Source of the DNA: Promethearchaeota archaeon
GTDB taxonomy: Archaea; Asgardarchaeota; Lokiarchaeia; Sigyniarchaeales; SOKP01
DNA: 64,000 bases
Assembly: GCA_019057795.1 (NCBI GenBank)
Contig: JAHLWS010000087.1
Coordinates: forward strand, 32,001-96,000
Reading direction: 5' to 3'
In this document: positions 58,962 through 64,000 of the stretch, one piece after another
How positions within the stretch are numbered: position 1 is the first letter of the stretch
Layout: each line of letters begins with the position of its first letter
Notes under the pieces: generated by a model
Databases searched by the model: none
Told to the model about the DNA's origin: nothing
The model's input: only the letters and a program-made list of their open reading frames with translations
Made by a program: the position numbers and the translations under genes

Positions 58962-60683
58962 TTGGTTTTAAAAATCATGATTGAAGAAATAATTAGAAAT
59001 ACAACAAGTATTTGTCCAGAATGCCTACAACCAATTCCTGCTGAGATTTATGTTGATGCAAATATGGGTTGGGTTATGATGCGAAAGCATTGTGAGGAAC
59101 ATGGAGATTTTAAAGATAAAATTTCGGTTAACCCAGAGGAATACAAATGGAACCAGAGTTTCACTAATGAAATTGGTTCAACTGTAGATAACTCTTCAAA
59201 ACCTTCTGAAGTATCATCAGGTATTAGAGAAATCACTAATGGCTGTCCATATGATTGCGGGATTTGCGAGAATCACGAATCAGCACCTTGTATTGCCGTA
59301 ATTGATCCTACAAATCGATGTAATTTAACTTGTCCAATATGTTACGCCAATGCTAGTGCTAAAGGTTATGTTGTAGAGCCTACTTTCGATGAAATCGTTC
59401 AAATTCTAAAGCATTTCAGATCAATCAAGCCTGTCCCTCCTATTTTGCTACAATATGCAGGGGGGGAACCAACGTTAAGAAATGATCTACATGATATCAC
59501 CCGTAAAGCAAAAGAATTAGGATTTACAGAAGTTATGGTATCAACTAATGGTGTCAAAATGAGTAAATCAGTTGAATATTGTAGAGAATTAATGGAATCT
59601 GGAATAGATGCGATATATTTGCAATTTGACGCTACCAATGCTCCAGAGGTTTGGAAAAAAATGAGGGGCGTTAATTTATGGCCCATAAAACAAAGGGTCA
59701 TTAAAAATTGCCGCGCAATCGGGTTTAAAGGTATTATGTTGGTTCCAACTATTGCTAAAGGCGTAAATGACGATCAAATTGAAAATATTTTAGAATTCGC
59801 TAAGCAAAACAATGATGTAGTTGCGGGCGTCGTTTTTCAACCCGTTTCGTTATGTGGTCGAATTAATTACGAAGAACTAATGGAATTGAGATATACTTCA
59901 TCTGATTTAAAGATAGCTATTAATAAAATAACTAATAACGCAATAGAAAAGTTTTATCCAATTGCTACATCTGCCAAATTCACTAGATTACTAGCTTGGT
60001 TCGATGATGTACCTTCTTTTTCAACGACAACCCATCCAGACTGTGGCTTCGTTACTATTTTAACTATTGATGATAACGATGAATGGAAACCCCTTGAGAA
60101 CTATTTTGATGCTGAGGGGATATTTAAATGGTCAAATCAAGTATGGGACATGATTCGTAATAAAGAAATCCCCAAGCCAACAAGCTTTTTAAAGGACATT
60201 AATCTAGAGAATTACGGTGGTGTAGTAAAAACGATTGGTGATTTCATCGATGATATAACTAATTTAGGATATAGACAGATAATGAAGTCATATTTTTTCG
60301 CAGGTGCTTTAAAATTTATTAAAAATCCATCAAAAGTCTTAACTAGCAAAATTTTTCAATCATTTACTAGACTTATTTTTTCGCCTACCTTAAATTCAGC
60401 AAGTAACTTTTTACTTTCAAAAAATTTGTTAATATCATGCATGCATTTTCAAGATGCTTATAATTTTGATTTAGATCGAGTTAAAAACTGCATTGTACAT
60501 TATGGAGTGATTGATCCAGATGACCCTAGCAAAGTTCTTCAAATACCATTTTGCACGATGAATACTTTACATAGAGAAAAATTAGAGCTCAAACATAAAC
60601 TAGCCAATCAAAGCACAATTAAACCTGAAATAATCCAGAACAAAATTGAGACCTATATTAAATCAATTGAAAAAGAAATATAA
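58962..60683 (+). CDS. tes: Radical SAM tetraether lipid synthase (Tes / GDGT-MAS, MJ0619-like)
   Basis: TTSICPEC...CEEHG, GCPYDCGICENH, TNRCNLTCPICYANA, HPDCG, MHFQDAYNFDLDRV.NCIVHY, IPFC; start may be ATG 58977. Confidence 0.82.
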   Translation: MVLKIMIEEIIRNTTSICPECLQPIPAEIYVDANMGWVMMRKHCEEHGDFKDKISVNPEEYKWNQSFTNEIGSTVDNSSKPSEVSSGIREITNGCPYDCGICENHESAPCIAVIDPTNRCNLTCPICYANASAKGYVVEPTFDEIVQILKHFRSIKPVPPILLQYAGGEPTLRNDLHDITRKAKELGFTEVMVSTNGVKMSKSVEYCRELMESGIDAIYLQFDATNAPEVWKKMRGVNLWPIKQRVIKNCRAIGFKGIMLVPTIAKGVNDDQIENILEFAKQNNDVVAGVVFQPVSLCGRINYEELMELRYTSSDLKIAINKITNNAIEKFYPIATSAKFTRLLAWFDDVPSFSTTTHPDCGFVTILTIDDNDEWKPLENYFDAEGIFKWSNQVWDMIRNKEIPKPTSFLKDINLENYGGVVKTIGDFIDDITNLGYRQIMKSYFFAGALKFIKNPSKVLTSKIFQSFTRLIFSPTLNSASNFLLSKNLLISCMHFQDAYNFDLDRVKNCIVHYGVIDPDDPSKVLQIPFCTMNTLHREKLELKHKLANQSTIKPEIIQNKIETYIKSIEKEI

Positions 60684-60819
60684 CATTATTTTTTTTATTC
60701 TAATCTTTTAAGTTACAACACTTCTTATGATAAACCTCAATTGTAATAATATAATTTTATATTTCTACTCTCATTTATTACCAATGATTTGATTATAATT
60801 AAAAAATTGTGTAATAAGG

Positions 60820-61620
60820 TTGAGTCTTGGAAAGGGTATTAGAATTGAACGGTTGTTCGATCGAAAAAGTAAAAGAACGATAATCGTCCCGATGGACCAC
60901 GGTCTTACTGTAGGAACCATTAAAGGATTAGAAAATTTGGCTGATATGGTTGATAACATCGCTTTAGGGGGTGCAAACGCAGTTTTAATGCACTCAGGAA
61001 TGGTTGGAGCGGGACATAGGCAGTACGGTAAAGATATAGGGCTGATTATTCACCTTTCAGGGGCAACTAACTTATCTCCAGACCCTAATAGGAAGGTATT
61101 GGTCTGTACCGTAGAACGAGCTTTGAAAATGGGAGCAGATGGAGTTTCAATTCATATTAATATAGGAGCTGATGAGGAACCAGAAATGCTTCAAGACGCT
61201 CATAGAGTCGTTGAGTCATCAAGAGAATGGGGCTTACCGCTTATAGCTATGATGTATCCTAGAGGTAAAAAAATAAAAGATGAGAATGATCCTGAAGTAG
61301 TTAATATTGCTGTAAGAGCAGGTGCTGAATTAGGCGCAGACATAGTTAAAACAAATTACACTGGAGATATTGACTCTTTCAAATATATCGTAAAAAGTGT
61401 ACATGTTCCAGTTATTATAGCTGGTGGTCCGAAAACTAATACGATTCAAGATTTGCTCCAACTAGTCTACGATTCTATCCAAGCAGGAGGTAAAGGAGTT
61501 GCGTTTGGAAGAAATGTTTTTCAAGCGGAGGATCCTACAAAAATTGTTAAAGCTCTATCTAAAATTGTACATCATAATTATACGGTGGGAGAAGTTCTAA
61601 AAGAATACCAAATTAAATAG
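60820..61620 (+). CDS. 2-amino-3,7-dideoxy-D-threo-hept-6-ulosonate synthase / DhnA-type class I aldolase
   Basis: [51 protein letters not shown]. Confidence 0.85.
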   Translation: MSLGKGIRIERLFDRKSKRTIIVPMDHGLTVGTIKGLENLADMVDNIALGGANAVLMHSGMVGAGHRQYGKDIGLIIHLSGATNLSPDPNRKVLVCTVERALKMGADGVSIHINIGADEEPEMLQDAHRVVESSREWGLPLIAMMYPRGKKIKDENDPEVVNIAVRAGAELGADIVKTNYTGDIDSFKYIVKSVHVPVIIAGGPKTNTIQDLLQLVYDSIQAGGKGVAFGRNVFQAEDPTKIVKALSKIVHHNYTVGEVLKEYQIK

Positions 61621-61774
61621 ACGAGTTAAAGAAAATCATGAAACAAGATAAAATGGTTTCTTACCCTTATTTAGTAAAGAGAGCGATAAAGGTCTCAATT
61701 GAATTTGTAATAATTTTGATATTACTATTCTACTTGCCGGAAATACTTAACTTTTTTCGGTTTTTATACGGATT

Positions 61775-62299
61775 TTGAACGAGAAGATAAATATGTTTCC
61801 GATTTTTCATGTTGCTATTCCGTTAATTCTCTTTGAATTACCACTGGTTAAGAAGAAATTTGAATTTAATAGATTTGCGTTAATTGTTGGCTCGTTATTT
61901 CCAGATATTATTGATAAATTTCTACTTTTTTTAAATTTTGGTTCAGGGAGGGGAATCTCACATACAATTTTATTTATTTTAATTAATTTTGTTATTTTGC
62001 ACTTTATTACGAAAGGAAGAAAATCTATATCAATACCATTTTTAGTGGGAATGGTAGTTCACTTAATTTTAGATCTACCAGAAGTACCACTTTTTTATCC
62101 ATTTATCATGTATGAATTTATTATAATTGACGATCCTATCGGATTATGGCTATATAGATTATTTAATGAACCCGTAGTTTATTTAACGGAGATAACAGGG
62201 ATTCTAATTTTCATTTTTATTTTAATAAATAACAAATTATATAGTAGAAAAGAAATTACAAATTACCTAAAGCGTAATATTAACCTAGAACCTCAATAA
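61775..62299 (+). CDS. Membrane metal-dependent hydrolase (YdjM-like)
   Basis: H, GSLFPDIIDK, RGISHT, HLILD; start probably ATG 61793. Confidence 0.75.
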   Translation: MNEKINMFPIFHVAIPLILFELPLVKKKFEFNRFALIVGSLFPDIIDKFLLFLNFGSGRGISHTILFILINFVILHFITKGRKSISIPFLVGMVVHLILDLPEVPLFYPFIMYEFIIIDDPIGLWLYRLFNEPVVYLTEITGILIFIFILINNKLYSRKEITNYLKRNINLEPQ

Positions 62300-62431
62300 T
62301 AGAACAAAAACAAATCATTTAACTTTTAAAAGTAATATTACTATTTTTTATTTTTATATCTTAGATTATTTTAATTAACATAATTGATTTTAAAATAACA
62401 ATTACATATTCGATTACCAATAAAAATAAAA

Positions 62432-63163
62432 ATGAGCCAAACCACTGTCCTCAAGGTCATTATTGATAATAGAGAAAGGAAGTTAATGAAATTATTGGAA
62501 GAGAAGCACCCTAATATCAAGTTCGAAACTAAACAATTAGATATTGCGGATATAGTAATTTCTGAAGATGTAGCAATTGAAAGAAAAGAAGGGTTTGATT
62601 TCGTTGCTTCTATAATGGATAATAGGTTATTTGAACAACTCCTAAGGTTAAAAGATACATACTCTACCCCTATTTTAATACTCGAAGGATTAAATGATAA
62701 TGTTTTTGAAAATACAGGAATGAAAATTTCCTCGATTTATGGGGCCCTGGCATTCATTTCTTATAAATTGGGAATATCAGTAATACCAACTAGAAATATC
62801 GAGGATACAGCACTTGTTATAGAGCGAATAGCTAACCGTGAACAAGTTAAGGATGGAATACCATTACTTTCAAGAAAGGCACCAAAAAGTATGAGCATTG
62901 AAGAAAGAAGGACATTTATTGTGGAAGGATTCGTAGATATCGGTCCGAAAAAGGCTAAATCTTTAATAGATAAATACAAGACGCCCTATCGCGTGTTAAA
63001 GGCAATTCAACAAACAGAAATTACATTTACTCGGACAGGAAATCCAAAAGGAATTAAAGGCCCCTTAAGCGAACTTTCTGGGTTTGGATGGAAATTTGTA
63101 GAAAAGAATAAAGAAATGCTTTTTGGGAAAAGAAAGGATCCTCAAAAAAGAATTAATGAATAG
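62432..63163 (+). CDS. ERCC4-domain (XPF/Mus81-like) structure-specific nuclease, short form without helicase
   Basis: IIDNRE, LDIADIVI, IERK..DF..SI.D.RL.EQ, two HhH (IGPKKA, GFG). Confidence 0.85.
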   Translation: MSQTTVLKVIIDNRERKLMKLLEEKHPNIKFETKQLDIADIVISEDVAIERKEGFDFVASIMDNRLFEQLLRLKDTYSTPILILEGLNDNVFENTGMKISSIYGALAFISYKLGISVIPTRNIEDTALVIERIANREQVKDGIPLLSRKAPKSMSIEERRTFIVEGFVDIGPKKAKSLIDKYKTPYRVLKAIQQTEITFTRTGNPKGIKGPLSELSGFGWKFVEKNKEMLFGKRKDPQKRINE

Positions 63164-63176
63164 AGTTTAAATATTA

Positions 63177-63938
63177 ATGATTATACTTATAACACTAATA
63201 GCAATTTTCTGCTCGAGTACGGTCTACGGGATTATAGGATTTGGCGACGCGTTGATATTAATCCCTATTCTAGCTCCAATAATAGGAGTGAAGAATGCAG
63301 TAATACTAGTAAATATCTGGGGCACTTTTCCCGCTTTAATCAATTATATTAAATATAAAGAATTTTTAGATAGGGGTTATTTTCTCCGAATTGTATCGCT
63401 AGGCATTCCCGCCACAATTCTAGGAACATACTTAATTATAAGTATTCGATTGGAATGGATCGAGTTAATTTTGGGCATTTTTATTCTAATATATTCTTCT
63501 TTAAAACTCGTTAATTACATTAAGGACCAATCTCAAATTGAATTAAAAGAGGAAATTAACACAACTTCTCCCCTAATTTTATTCGGGGGATTCTCTTATG
63601 GCTTGTTAACTGGTTTAATTGGTGCGGCAGGACCCATTAATGTAGCCTTATTAGAAAAAACGGGACATTATAGAGAAAGTTTTATCGGAAATTTTGCCGC
63701 TATTGGAACAGTACTTTCCGTTTCTAGAATCCCATTCTACATAGTTGAAGGATTATTCCCAAGCGAACTACTATTAATATTTCTGCTCGCTTTTCCAATT
63801 ATATTCCTCGGGACTAAACTTGGTCATAATATTACACCTAAAATTTCTGTGAAAAAATTTCAGATTCTTGTTTTTTGTTTTCTCTTAGTTATTAGCATTA
63901 AGTCGATTATTTCGTCAATTTTGAGTCTGATTAGCTAA
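63177..63938 (+). CDS. TauE/SafE (TSUP) family membrane exporter
   Basis: GIIGFG..LI..P, GLLTGLIGAAGP, 8 TM helices. Confidence 0.85.
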   Translation: MIILITLIAIFCSSTVYGIIGFGDALILIPILAPIIGVKNAVILVNIWGTFPALINYIKYKEFLDRGYFLRIVSLGIPATILGTYLIISIRLEWIELILGIFILIYSSLKLVNYIKDQSQIELKEEINTTSPLILFGGFSYGLLTGLIGAAGPINVALLEKTGHYRESFIGNFAAIGTVLSVSRIPFYIVEGLFPSELLLIFLLAFPIIFLGTKLGHNITPKISVKKFQILVFCFLLVISIKSIISSILSLIS

Positions 63939-64000
63939 AATGCATTTAAACTCATTTTTGTAAATTATTTCCATCTATTTTTTCTCCCTCTTTTCTTTAT

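Noticed and set aside
92-62979. Numerous short antisense or overlapping ORFs in the track (e.g. 92..571, 4536..5162, 14264..14635, 21829..22215, 58406..58759)
   Set aside because: Shadows of well-supported genes on the opposite strand or another frame, with no motifs
1-64000. tRNA, rRNA, CRISPR array, prophage or integrase
   Set aside because: No GC-rich cloverleaf or rRNA-like segment, no regularly spaced repeats and no viral hallmark genes seen by eye; a tRNAscan/Infernal run would be needed to exclude small RNAs

Overview
AT-rich (roughly 30% GC by eye) chromosomal segment of an archaeon, almost certainly an Asgard Lokiarchaeia member (inferred from several longin-like proteins, a gelsolin-like protein, a V4R/Bet3-like protein, a tetraether synthase and a eukaryote-like SECIS). 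The main feature missed by the ORF track is a selenoprotein operon. hdrA (1788-3749) has three in-frame UGA codons and mvhD/vhuD (3763-4197) has two, all at conserved Cys positions. They are followed by a single eukaryote-type SECIS hairpin (about 4200-4258), an FdhB/FrhB-like subunit and a polyferredoxin, and the block is bracketed by two VapBC modules. The best candidate for an undescribed system is 36978-48991: three tandem surface glycoproteins with a shared conserved cytoplasmic tail (YPxxVRKVRKYRxTL...LKGxP), followed by a gelsolin-domain/TPR protein, a TPR/coiled-coil protein and a stand-alone longin protein. This could be a surface-to-cytoskeleton or trafficking link (inference). Other notable items are an IS with 28-bp inverted repeats and an AT-hook insertion in its DDE transposase, a class I (bacterial/eukaryotic-type) GAPDH, a crotonase with a DnaJ-type Zn finger in its tail, and a signalling-like cluster (V4R, degenerate macrodomain, three Thr-type LMW phosphatases, MFS-longin fusion). 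The rest is housekeeping and catabolic genes. No rRNA, tRNA or CRISPR array was seen. All family calls come from motif recognition by eye; no database search was run.
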